A DNA stretch of 64,000 nucleotides, taken from positions 4,636 through 68,635 of the forward strand of contig JAGWHJ010000001.1 in assembly GCA_028866835.1 (NCBI GenBank), written 5' to 3'. The position numbers and the translations under genes were made by a program. The notes under the pieces are model-generated. The model did no database searches. It had not been told where the DNA came from and was given only the letters and a program-made list of their open reading frames with translations. This stretch comes from Candidatus Micrarchaeota archaeon (GTDB lineage Archaea > Micrarchaeota > Micrarchaeia > Micrarchaeales > CABMGC01). Shown piece after piece: positions 46,241-55,082 of this stretch (the first letter of the stretch is position 1; each line of letters begins with the position of its first letter).

Positions 46241-46681
46241 CTATCTCATGTCAGGCTCGTCCATCGTCTGCGTCATCGACTTCCTGCGGTGCGGCCTGTA
46301 CACGTATTCGTTGCCCCACGGGTCCCTGACCTTCACGCGAGTGGGCCTTACCTTCGTGAACTTGGACAGCGCGAACTCGTCCTTTACCGGCTCCTCTGTC
46401 AGCATGGGTCCCTGCTTTACGGCGTATCTTGGCTCCTTGTCTGCCTGCAGTATCGTTATGCACGAGACAGGGCATTCCTCTGGGCAGATCATGCACCCTA
46501 TGCACTTGTTCACCTGTATCGGGTATTCGGTCATGTCGAGCGTGACCGTAGCCGTTTTTGTGGAGGATTCAACGTTCTTGTGCCTCGGCCTTGTGAAATC
46601 AAGCGCATTCACGGGGCAGGTGTCGCCGCATATGCCGCACTGTATGCATATGTCCTTGTCGAAGGTGAATTTGTACGGCGT
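46241..46681 (-). CDS. 2x[4Fe-4S] ferredoxin-domain protein (proposed ACG start; the ORF track start at 46612 truncates the first cluster motif)
   Basis: Hand translation [M]PYKFTFDKDICIQCGICGDTCPVNAL... and second motif CIGCMICPEECP. Confidence 0.88.
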   Translation of the reverse strand, partial: TPYKFTFDKDICIQCGICGDTCPVNALDFTRPRHKNVESSTKTATVTLDMTEYPIQVNKCIGCMICPEECPVSCITILQADKEPRYAVKQGPMLTEEPVKDEFALSKFTKVRPTRVKVRDPWGNEYVYRPHRRKSMTQTMDEPDMR

Positions 46682-46690
46682 TGTGCCACC

Positions 46691-47443
46691 CTACAGCTTG
46701 TCCTGCTGGGAAGGAGGCGGGCCCGGTGCCATGGGCTGCTTCACTATCGGCTTCGCGATCTTAGGTATCATGCCTCTCGGCATGTTCCCTCCGGTAAGCC
46801 CGTAGAGTATCGCTATGCCCCCTTCTATCAGGAGTATCGTGAAGCATATGTAGAATGAATACATTGCAAGTGTCGGATTGTTCTGGGAATCGAAGTTCTG
46901 GTTGAAGTAGCCCCATATGTTTGAGGTCGAGGTCGACACCGTCGCAGGGACTGGGTTGGTAAGGACCACGGCGCTCTCTGTGACGAAGACCGTGCCCATG
47001 ATGTAGAGGCCAGCCCCTATGACTACAAGCACTGTTATTATCGTATTGTATATTGGCTCCTCATCTGTGTCCTTCAGCAAGAGCAATACCAGTGCCGCGG
47101 CAAAGACATTCACTGCCAGCAGCTCGAACGGCACCGCTATGGGGAAATCCTCGTATATTCCTGGGTAGAAGAGCTCGAACCCGAGGAACACTATCAGGAA
47201 GATGCTGGCATCCCTGAGTATCACGAAGAGCAGCCACCAGATGTCTGCTGCAAGCCTAAGTGTGAATTTCCTCAGTATCCTGAGGAAGTAGCCCCGTGCT
47301 ATCTGTATGGAAACGGCAAGTATCGTAAGAAGCGTCAGCAGTACCGCTATAGTATTCTCCGTGTATGTTGCGCCTATCGCGACATAGGCAGTCTGGTTCA
47401 CGGGCCCCGCCTGCAGCAGAACCGGTACTAATGACAGATCCAC
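46691..47443 (-). CDS. Multi-TM hypothetical membrane protein upstream of the ferredoxin
   Basis: About five hydrophobic helices and a Pro-rich tail. Confidence 0.7.
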   Translation of the reverse strand: MDLSLVPVLLQAGPVNQTAYVAIGATYTENTIAVLLTLLTILAVSIQIARGYFLRILRKFTLRLAADIWWLLFVILRDASIFLIVFLGFELFYPGIYEDFPIAVPFELLAVNVFAAALVLLLLKDTDEEPIYNTIITVLVVIGAGLYIMGTVFVTESAVVLTNPVPATVSTSTSNIWGYFNQNFDSQNNPTLAMYSFYICFTILLIEGGIAILYGLTGGNMPRGMIPKIAKPIVKQPMAPGPPPSQQDKL

Positions 47444-47475
47444 TCAATCCCTATCCAATATTCTATCAGGTATCT

Positions 47476-48153
47476 TTATTTACTTTTGGATGAGCCGCTT
47501 TTAGCGAGCTTATCCATATTCCTTGCCATCCTGATCTGCTCGGCTATGTACATCCTTTCGGACATCTTCTCCAGCGATTCTGCGCGGCCGAGGGCCTCAG
47601 CTATGCTCTTCCCTACAGCCACGGTGCCATGGTCAGCAAGCATCACTACTGTTGCGCCTTTCTGTACGGCGCTTGCAGCCGCACGCGCAATCTCCGGCGT
47701 TCCCGCCTTTATCCATCTCTGCCACGCAAACCTTCCGATGTAATATACATACTCTTCATGCTTGCTCTTGAGCGCTTTCTCGAAGAGGCTGCTGCCCAAT
47801 GCGTCTGCCAGGGCGAGCGAGAACGTGCCGTGTGGATGGACTATCGCACGCACTTCGGGCATCCTGAGGTAGATCTCGGAATGCAAACGGAATTCCGATG
47901 ATGGCTTAGGCCCATCGATCGATTCCTGCTCCTTAGAATGAATATCTACCAATGAGAGATGCTTTGCTGTTATCCGGTTCTTGTCCAGTGATGCAGGAGT
48001 TATCAGCATTGTGTTGCTGCTTAGACGCACGCTTATGTTTCCAGAAAGAGTGGTGTTGTGCCTCAGGAGATATAGCCTTCTGCTTGTATCGAGTATCGCG
48101 TCGGCCGCAGATTCCCTGTCCAGAGCCTCCGCCTTTATGCTGCCCGCTTTCAT
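47476..48153 (-). CDS. Class II aldolase (FucA/Ald2-like)
   Basis: GNISVR, ITP, KPSSEFRLH, AIVHPH and LADHG (Glu plus three His Zn ligands). Confidence 0.9.
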   Translation of the reverse strand: MKAGSIKAEALDRESAADAILDTSRRLYLLRHNTTLSGNISVRLSSNTMLITPASLDKNRITAKHLSLVDIHSKEQESIDGPKPSSEFRLHSEIYLRMPEVRAIVHPHGTFSLALADALGSSLFEKALKSKHEEYVYYIGRFAWQRWIKAGTPEIARAAASAVQKGATVVMLADHGTVAVGKSIAEALGRAESLEKMSERMYIAEQIRMARNMDKLAKSGSSKSK

Positions 48154-48225
48154 AAAGCACGACCATTTGCATATCTTTTTGTGAATATATATTTGTATGC
48201 CTGCAATAGATTGGTGTCTGATTAA

Positions 48226-49272
48226 ATGGAGATTCCAAGGCCCGTAGAGTGGCAGCCTGACAGGAAAGATATTAGATGGCTCCTCCAGACAAAGCTTCCC
48301 GGGGAGATGGAGTACAAGACTTCACATGATATCGAGGAGATTTACCATGCAATCCGCGTGCTTGACATACGCGGTGCGCCGCTCATAGGGATAGGGGCAG
48401 CGTATGGCATAGCCGCGCACGTCTCCCATGTTAACGGGGGGACAGCAGATTTGTATTCTGAGGCAAAAAAGGCCGGAGAGCGTCTGGCAACAGCCAGACC
48501 TACTGCCGTAAACCTCAGATGGGCGGTTACGCGCATGCTTTCTGCAGCGAAGGCGCTGGCGGACCGGAATTTGAGCGCCGAGGAATTCAGGGAAGGGATC
48601 ATTGCAGAAGCCATCAAGATAGACAATGAAAATGCCGCAATGACGGACATGATAGCGAACTACGGCAAGGAGCTACTGAAGGACGGCGACGTTGTAATGA
48701 CGCACTGCAACGCAGGAACACTTGCCTGCGGAGGTCTTGGGACAAATCTTGCGCCGATAAGGGCTGCGCTCAAGGAGGGGAAGCGCATCAGTGTCATCCA
48801 GACGTGGACTGCGCCGCTTCTGCAGGGTGCGAGGCTTACGGCGCTAGAGCTGGCGATGGGGGGCATAGATGGCACGCTCATAGCCGATACGGCCGTTTCC
48901 TATGCAATGGAGCACATGGGCGTTACAAAGGTAATAGTAGGCGCAGACAGGATACTTGCCGATGGCAGAACCGCTAACAAGATAGGGACGTGCGGCATTG
49001 CGCTGCTTGCAAGGCATTACAAGATACCTTTCTACGTCGCGGCACCAACCTCGACTGTTGACATGAAATCCAGGGACATACCCATAGAGCAGCGCGATCC
49101 TAATGAAATCAAGAACATACTGGGCAAGCTGAAGATAGCCCCGGATGAGATAAAGGCGGCAAATCCTGCATTCGACATAACGCCCCCGAAGTATATAGCG
49201 GCCATAATAACGGAGAAGGGGATTGTGACCGCACCTTATAGGAAAAATTTCAAGGCTATTTTTGTAAGATAA
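48226..49272 (+). CDS. mtnA: S-methyl-5-thioribose-1-phosphate isomerase
   Basis: IRGAPLIG, RPTAVNL, THCNAG, QGARLT, VGADRI, NKIGT and NPAFDITP motifs. Confidence 0.93.
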   Translation: MEIPRPVEWQPDRKDIRWLLQTKLPGEMEYKTSHDIEEIYHAIRVLDIRGAPLIGIGAAYGIAAHVSHVNGGTADLYSEAKKAGERLATARPTAVNLRWAVTRMLSAAKALADRNLSAEEFREGIIAEAIKIDNENAAMTDMIANYGKELLKDGDVVMTHCNAGTLACGGLGTNLAPIRAALKEGKRISVIQTWTAPLLQGARLTALELAMGGIDGTLIADTAVSYAMEHMGVTKVIVGADRILADGRTANKIGTCGIALLARHYKIPFYVAAPTSTVDMKSRDIPIEQRDPNEIKNILGKLKIAPDEIKAANPAFDITPPKYIAAIITEKGIVTAPYRKNFKAIFVR

Positions 49273-49360
49273 GATTGAGCAGATTAACAGGAACGTGTTA
49301 TGATTCTGCTCAAAAAGATATATTTAAGAAGGAGAAATACCATAATTTAATTTGACCAAA

Positions 49361-50134
49361 ATGAGATTGCTTAGGGTACGTGATGCCGCGAAAACGCAGC
49401 CGACAATGCAAAGCATTCTAGACGAAAAGGATATCTTAAGACAAGGGGAGTTGATATCCCAAGTGAGAGACCCGAAATTGCAACTTAGGCTTGCACAGTC
49501 AGAAGATTGGGATATCAGAAATGAATTGGCTCGTAATAGGAACTTGGCTAATAATGTACAGCATGTACTTGCTTCAGATAGCCACCCGTATGTTAGGAGC
49601 AACCTTGCAAAACATACCAGAATACCTAAGATACAACTTGTACTTGCAACTGACCGTTCATCACGCATAAGACAAAGTCTTGCAGGAAATGAGAATATTA
49701 CTAAAGAGGTTCAGCTGATCCTGGCTGTGGATCCATCGGTGCACGTGAGATCCGTTCTCGCTTTGCAAGGAAACAAACTGGACCCCGAGGTCATCGAAAT
49801 ACTTCTGCAAGATAAAAAGTCTGAAGTACGGCACTCTCTTGCACTTACAAAGAATACAACAGACATAGAACTATTAAAGAGGCTGGCAGTCGACAGAAGC
49901 AGAAAGGTAAAGATAGAAGTTGTGGAACGTTTGTTTTACGGTCGCCCTGATAAGAGCTTGGTTGAAGAACTGCATCCAATACTAGAAATGGATCGAGATC
50001 CAGAAGTAATAAGGGCATTGGAGCGCATGGACTTTGAGAGACAATTGATGGCAGATACACCTAAGATGATGGATCTGATTAGACGGGGCGCAACAGGAAA
50101 GGAAGTAGTAAGAGCACTTAGACGCAAGGAGTAA
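49361..50134 (+). CDS. LRV/HEAT-like helical repeat protein (AT-rich orphan)
   Basis: About six ~24-aa repeats of the form LA.D....[VI]R..LA. Confidence 0.75.
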   Translation: MRLLRVRDAAKTQPTMQSILDEKDILRQGELISQVRDPKLQLRLAQSEDWDIRNELARNRNLANNVQHVLASDSHPYVRSNLAKHTRIPKIQLVLATDRSSRIRQSLAGNENITKEVQLILAVDPSVHVRSVLALQGNKLDPEVIEILLQDKKSEVRHSLALTKNTTDIELLKRLAVDRSRKVKIEVVERLFYGRPDKSLVEELHPILEMDRDPEVIRALERMDFERQLMADTPKMMDLIRRGATGKEVVRALRRKE

Positions 50135-50137
50135 AAG

Positions 50138-50941
50138 TCACTTATGGGTAATCACTGCGCCCTCCAAAGCCTTTGAGCATCCGCATGTTCGTTTCTCGGG
50201 TATCTGCGGTATTATGTCAAGTATGAGCCCTGTCGCCTTCTCGACGTTCTTGCCGAAGATCCTGATTACCTCGCTGGTCGAGACCGGCTTTATGTCGCTC
50301 CTGCCCTCGAGACCGGCATCATAATCAGTTATGAGGCCTATGCCGAGATAGCACATCTGCCTCTCCCTTGCCAAGGCGGCCTCTGGATACTGCGTCATGT
50401 TTATCATGTGCGATCCCTGCGAGCTGAATATACTCGATTCCGCTCTCGTTGAGAATCTTGGGCCGCTTATTACGGCAACTGTGCCGGAATCATGGAATGC
50501 AAGTTTCTCATTCTTGGCGGCTTTTGATGCGATCTTCCTAAGCTCGCCGCAGTATGGCTCGGCGGTGCTTACGTGCGCCACAACTTCATCGTCATAGAAG
50601 GTATCTGCCCTGCCGTGGGTGTAGTTCACGAACTGGTCGAATATCGCCAGCTGGCCGGGCTTGTAGTCGGGCCTCAGTGAGCCCACCGCACCAGTCGATA
50701 TTATCCTTTTGACCCCGAACTGGTAGAGCGCCTCTATGTTTGCGCGATAAGGCACCCTCTGCGGCGGTATTGTGTGCTTCCTTCCGTGCCTGGCTATGAA
50801 CGCAACCTCCCTCTTTCCCAGCTTTCCGATCATCACCGCGTCGCTGGGCCGCCCGTATCTCGTGGAAACGCGGTGCTCCTCGACATTCTTCAGGAGCGAA
50901 TAGAAGCCGGACCCGCCTATCACTGCGATATCTATTGCCAT
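50138..50941 (-). CDS. mtnP: S-methyl-5'-thioadenosine phosphorylase
   Basis: IGGSG, ARHG, VPYRANI, GPRFSTRAES, NMT.YPE and TDYD motifs. Confidence 0.93.
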   Translation of the reverse strand: MAIDIAVIGGSGFYSLLKNVEEHRVSTRYGRPSDAVMIGKLGKREVAFIARHGRKHTIPPQRVPYRANIEALYQFGVKRIISTGAVGSLRPDYKPGQLAIFDQFVNYTHGRADTFYDDEVVAHVSTAEPYCGELRKIASKAAKNEKLAFHDSGTVAVISGPRFSTRAESSIFSSQGSHMINMTQYPEAALARERQMCYLGIGLITDYDAGLEGRSDIKPVSTSEVIRIFGKNVEKATGLILDIIPQIPEKRTCGCSKALEGAVITHK

Positions 50942-50974
50942 GTCAATCATTGCTTAGCATTTTTCATCGCTAAA

Positions 50975-51943
50975 TTAAATATATTGCTCCTTCATGAGCG
51001 CGTCAACCTCGTTCCTGTCCGGATAGGACACTGAAGCGCCAACCTTCTGGACGCTTATGGCAGCCGCGCAATTGGCAAATTCGAGGGATTCCTTGAAGCT
51101 GCGCTTTTCCGCGAGGCCCGCTGCAAACGCGCCTATGAAGCAGTCGCCTGCGCCTGTGGCATCGACAAGGTCGACCTTTATGCCATTGACGCTTGTCATC
51201 TCGTTGTCGCGTATGCCTATCACGCCGCGGTCGGCCAGCGTCGTTATCACGGTCTGGCTGCCGCTCGTGCGCATCTCCTTCACATGCCTCATTACAGTAG
51301 AGGGATCCATCCGCAGGTCCTTGTGCTGCATGCTTACGTATTCCTTGTGGCCGGACCTGAAGGCGAGTTCCACTTCGTTGAGCACCAGGTAGTCGCACAT
51401 GCCAAGCAGCTCCTTTGATACCTCATAATTCGGAAAAAGGTTTAGTAGCGTCTTCGCTCCTGCTGCCTTTGCCTTCTCGAAAGCGTGATAGATGACATCC
51501 TGCGGTATGGCGAGCTGCGATATCACTATGTCGGATGATGAGAACTGAAGGTCCGGGAGATCCTTGATCGATGCCTTCATGCTGCTTCCTGTAAACACGA
51601 TGTGGCGTTCTGCAGTCCCGGTAAGGAGGTAAATCACCGTAGAGCTGTGGGTGTTTTCTATTATGCGGACATCCTTTGTCTCTACATCCTCGCTTTTGGC
51701 GAAATTAGTGAGAACCCTGCCGAAAGCGTCCTGGCCAACGAACCCCGTCAGGCTGACTTTGCCGCCGAGCCTTGCTGCTGCAACAGCCTGGTTAAGCCCG
51801 TTGCCCCCTGGTACGAAATGCAGCTGGCTTCCGTACAGGTATTCGCCAAGGTCAGGCAGCCTGTCGGCGACTATGACTATGTCCATGTTCATGTTCCCGA
51901 TGACAACTATCCTGCTTGATGCACTGCCTGCGCCTTTCTTTAT
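50975..51943 (-). CDS. rbsK: Ribokinase (PfkB family); proposed ATA start 17 codons upstream of the first ATG
   Basis: RIVVIGNMNMD, PGGNGLNQAVAAARLG, LNEVE and VDATGAGDCF motifs. Confidence 0.88.
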   Translation of the reverse strand: MKKGAGSASSRIVVIGNMNMDIVIVADRLPDLGEYLYGSQLHFVPGGNGLNQAVAAARLGGKVSLTGFVGQDAFGRVLTNFAKSEDVETKDVRIIENTHSSTVIYLLTGTAERHIVFTGSSMKASIKDLPDLQFSSSDIVISQLAIPQDVIYHAFEKAKAAGAKTLLNLFPNYEVSKELLGMCDYLVLNEVELAFRSGHKEYVSMQHKDLRMDPSTVMRHVKEMRTSGSQTVITTLADRGVIGIRDNEMTSVNGIKVDLVDATGAGDCFIGAFAAGLAEKRSFKESLEFANCAAAISVQKVGASVSYPDRNEVDALMKEQYI

Positions 51944-52132
51944 GCAATCACCAGAACATTAATTGCCGCAAAGTAATAAAAGCAGGTAGCAATTGTCCTC
52001 TGCAAACCTTCACTTCCGCAAAACAGAAAAATAGTGGCAGTTTAACCTCAGAAGAGACTTCCGTTAATAAGGATGCAAACAGATAGCTTTTTAAACCCAA
52101 AAATTATTTTTATCATTGCGACCGGTGAAAAA

Positions 52133-52441
52133 GTGTATTACAGCGAACATGAAAGACTTGAACAAATGGAGGGCCTCCTCGAGAGGTTTGCATACATCTC
52201 CATAGTATCTGACTTCCTTATCGCAATCTCAACATACTTCGTCTTCCAGAACATATCGTTCTCGAAGAACTTCCTTCTGCTCAGTGACTATCTCGACCTC
52301 ATAGAGGTGGTGATCGCTTCAGTAATACTAGTGCTAATCGTCACGCTCAGGTATTATAAACGAACGATCTCACGACTCCACCTCTTTATAATTAGAAGCA
52401 GGTACAGGGGCGACACCTGGATATTCGGTGCGCCAGCATAA
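52133..52441 (+). CDS. Small two-TM hypothetical protein
   Basis: GGTG-N5-GTG start; two hydrophobic helices. Confidence 0.6.
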   Translation: MYYSEHERLEQMEGLLERFAYISIVSDFLIAISTYFVFQNISFSKNFLLLSDYLDLIEVVIASVILVLIVTLRYYKRTISRLHLFIIRSRYRGDTWIFGAPA

Positions 52442-52490
52442 TCGTTTTTGTGGTGCGCCCGCCTGCCCTAATCCTCCGATGGCAAGGCCA

Positions 52491-52910
52491 TCACTTCCTG
52501 TGTTCGGGACTCCCCGGCGGCTCCTTCTCCGTACGGTAGCAGATGGCAACCCCTATCATGAGCAGTGCGATGCCTATGACACTGAGGACGCTTATGAGAG
52601 CTATTGCGACGACAAGACCGCCAAAGAAACCGAACGCAAAGACATAGAGGCCGTACTCGCTTGAATCGAAAAGATCCCTGTATACGTGGTGAAGGATTAT
52701 GAAAAACACGCCGATGAACGACAGGATGGCGATTATGGTGAAGTAGAATGCATCTGCGCCGGCGAGATGCAGCACAGCTATCGTATGGTTTATGGCATTA
52801 GGTATCATTGATAGGTTGACGGGCAGGGTTCCTGCATGAATAAGTATGCCCATCAGTATACCGATGCCCGCGCCGAAGTAAAGCTTGTACCATAGCGGTT
52901 TTGATGCCAT
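52491..52910 (-). CDS. Hypothetical membrane protein
   Basis: About four hydrophobic segments. Confidence 0.6.
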   Translation of the reverse strand: MASKPLWYKLYFGAGIGILMGILIHAGTLPVNLSMIPNAINHTIAVLHLAGADAFYFTIIAILSFIGVFFIILHHVYRDLFDSSEYGLYVFAFGFFGGLVVAIALISVLSVIGIALLMIGVAICYRTEKEPPGSPEHRK

Positions 52911-53031
52911 CCAGACCAGTCACATTAGCATCAGATTGAGGCCGATTCTCCTATAAAAACCTAATACTTACCGAAATCAGTACAATCCTTTAAAAGAATT
53001 AAATTCGCTATAGTCTGGAGGGTGGGAGGAT

Positions 53032-53373
53032 ATGCAAAGCGCTTTGGAGCAGAACAGGATATTGCTAGGCATTGCGATATCGCAATGGTGGGCGTCGGTT
53101 GGTGCGGCAATGTTCACCATAGGCGTCATACTTATCGCACTGGCGTATGCCACAATAAGGATCATACCGAGCTTGCAGTCGTACTACACGGGCATCTTTC
53201 CTACAGTGAGCTTTGAGGCCTATACGATAGGCATAATCATTGTAACCATAGGCCTTGTGCTGATGCTCTACTCCAGATATAGTCTCGCAAGGCTGAACCT
53301 TGCAAACAGCAGGGCTTTCCGCTCCGCGTACAGGCAAACCGGGCCATTGAACTTGGAGAGCGAGAGGTCCTAG
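53032..53373 (+). CDS. Small two-TM hypothetical protein
   Basis: GGAGG upstream; two hydrophobic helices. Confidence 0.6.
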   Translation: MQSALEQNRILLGIAISQWWASVGAAMFTIGVILIALAYATIRIIPSLQSYYTGIFPTVSFEAYTIGIIIVTIGLVLMLYSRYSLARLNLANSRAFRSAYRQTGPLNLESERS

Positions 53374-53421
53374 GAACGACGCTATTTAAATATCAGAATC
53401 TTTGAGAGTACTTACGATACT

Positions 53422-53691
53422 ATGGGGCCTAGACTAATCAGGGTGCATGAGCATCCTGGCACATCAGGCCAACCCCTTAGGGAGATACCAGTGGAGCCCG
53501 GCTGGGGCGCGTACAGGGATATTACGGAGCTTGGTTCTGCGCTTGCGTTAAGTTCGGGCAAGGTGGTTTTGATATCGGACCTCGGGAACAGGGAGCAATC
53601 TATCAAGCAGATACGGGAGGCAACGGAAGGGCTGGACCCCGAAACAGCGCAGCGGTTTATAAACGAGGCCGAAAGGCTTCTAAGGGACTGA
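53422..53691 (+). CDS. Hypothetical protein
   Basis: 89-aa ORF with TTTAAATA ~30 nt upstream. Confidence 0.5.
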   Translation: MGPRLIRVHEHPGTSGQPLREIPVEPGWGAYRDITELGSALALSSGKVVLISDLGNREQSIKQIREATEGLDPETAQRFINEAERLLRD

Positions 53692-53809
53692 ACCCGGCAC
53701 ACAAAAGGTTTAAATACGTTATTGGGGATACTATAAGCATTATCATCGTCATTAAGGCTCTCCAAAAGCCTATTTTTACGCTTAGATAATATATATTAGG
53801 TGAAAATGA

Positions 53810-55078
53810 ATGGCCGAAAAACCGCACATGAATTTGATCTTCATAGGTCACATTGACCACGGTAAGTCAACCACGGTAGGAAGGCTGCTTTACGACACGA
53901 AGGCAGTCTCGGAGCAGGACATGAAGAAGCTCAAGGAGGAGGTAGCAAAGTACAACAGGCCTACCTTCGAGTTCGCATTCGTAATGGACCAGCTCAAGGA
54001 GGAGAGGGAGAGAGGAATCACCATCGACATCATGCACCGTGACTTCCAGACCCCTAAGTACTACTTCACGATTATAGACGCACCAGGACACAGGGACTTC
54101 GTCAAGAACATGATCACAGGAGCAAGCCAGGCGGATGCAGCAGTGCTCGTGGTCTCATGCCCTGATGGCGTTCAGTCGCAGACAAGGGAGCACGCATACC
54201 TAGCAAGAGTGCTCGGAATAAACCAGCTCATAGTAGGGATAAACAAGATAGACGCGGTCAAGTACGATAAGGCGAAGTTCGACGAGACGAAGGCCAAGGT
54301 CAGCGAGCTGCTCAAGACAGTGGGATACAACGTCGACAAGGTAACGTTCATACCGTACTCTGCGCTTGAAGGCATAAACGTCTCAAGCAAGTCGGACAAG
54401 ATCGACTGGTACAAGGGACCGACGATGCTCGAGGCACTCGACACTCTTCAGGTTCCGGCAAAACCCACGGAGAAGCCATTGAGGCTCCCAATACAGGACG
54501 TCTACAGCATCTCAGGCTTCGGGACCGTCCCTGTAGGGAGAGTGGAGACAGGCTCTGTAAAGCCCGGCGACCAGGTAATAATCATGCCTGGCGGCGCAAA
54601 GACAGAGGTCAGGAGCATCGAGATGCACCACCAGCAGCTGCAGAAGGCAGAGCCTGGAGACAACATCGGCTTCAACATCAAGGGAGTTGACAAGAAGGAC
54701 ATAAAGCGCGGGGACGTCATCGGGCCGACAACGAACCCGCCAACGGTAGCGCAGGAGTTCACCGCGCAGATCGTGGTCATAAACCACCCGACGGCGATAG
54801 CTCCCGGATACACGCCGGTGTTCCACATACACACGATGCAGATAGCATGCACGATAACCGAGATCGCGGAGAAGAAGGATCCGAAGACCGGACAAACGCT
54901 TCAGAAGAATCCTGAATTCATAAAGAACGGGGACGTGGCCATAGTCAAGATAAAGCCGACAAAGCCGATATGCGTGGAGAAGTACAGCGAGTTCCCACAG
55001 CTCGGCAGGTTCGCAATCAGGGACATGGGCCAGACGGTGGCGGCAGGAGTGATCCTGGACGTTGTCAAGAGGGCATGA
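53810..55078 (+). CDS. tuf: Translation elongation factor aEF-1A
   Basis: [30 protein letters not shown] and [12 protein letters not shown] motifs. Confidence 0.98.
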   Translation: MAEKPHMNLIFIGHIDHGKSTTVGRLLYDTKAVSEQDMKKLKEEVAKYNRPTFEFAFVMDQLKEERERGITIDIMHRDFQTPKYYFTIIDAPGHRDFVKNMITGASQADAAVLVVSCPDGVQSQTREHAYLARVLGINQLIVGINKIDAVKYDKAKFDETKAKVSELLKTVGYNVDKVTFIPYSALEGINVSSKSDKIDWYKGPTMLEALDTLQVPAKPTEKPLRLPIQDVYSISGFGTVPVGRVETGSVKPGDQVIIMPGGAKTEVRSIEMHHQQLQKAEPGDNIGFNIKGVDKKDIKRGDVIGPTTNPPTVAQEFTAQIVVINHPTAIAPGYTPVFHIHTMQIACTITEIAEKKDPKTGQTLQKNPEFIKNGDVAIVKIKPTKPICVEKYSEFPQLGRFAIRDMGQTVAAGVILDVVKRA

Positions 55079-55082
55079 TTGG

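Noticed and set aside
46290..46335. DPWGNEYVY in the ferredoxin tail resembles the GspG pseudopilin motif
   Set aside because: Short match only; no prepilin signal or T2SS context.
46691..46693. Genome-wide TAG recoding (pyrrolysine or alternative code)
   Set aside because: TAG ends well-conserved genes at their expected C-termini (sdhA, argS, leuS, first ftsZ), and no pyl genes are in the window. Only local read-through remains possible.
47476..48153. Calling the aldolase mtnB (canonical methionine salvage)
   Set aside because: The motif is FucA-like (PSSE) and no mtnC/D/E is in the window; left as class II aldolase pending phylogeny.
48226..49272. eIF2B subunit or ribose-1,5-bisphosphate isomerase
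   Set aside because: THCNAG.LA, QGARLT and the clustering with mtnP fit MtnA better.
36229..53700. Integrated element or genomic island at tRNA-Gln
   Set aside because: Accessory-looking genes follow the tRNA, but I found no integrase, no duplicated tRNA 3' end and no phage or plasmid genes.
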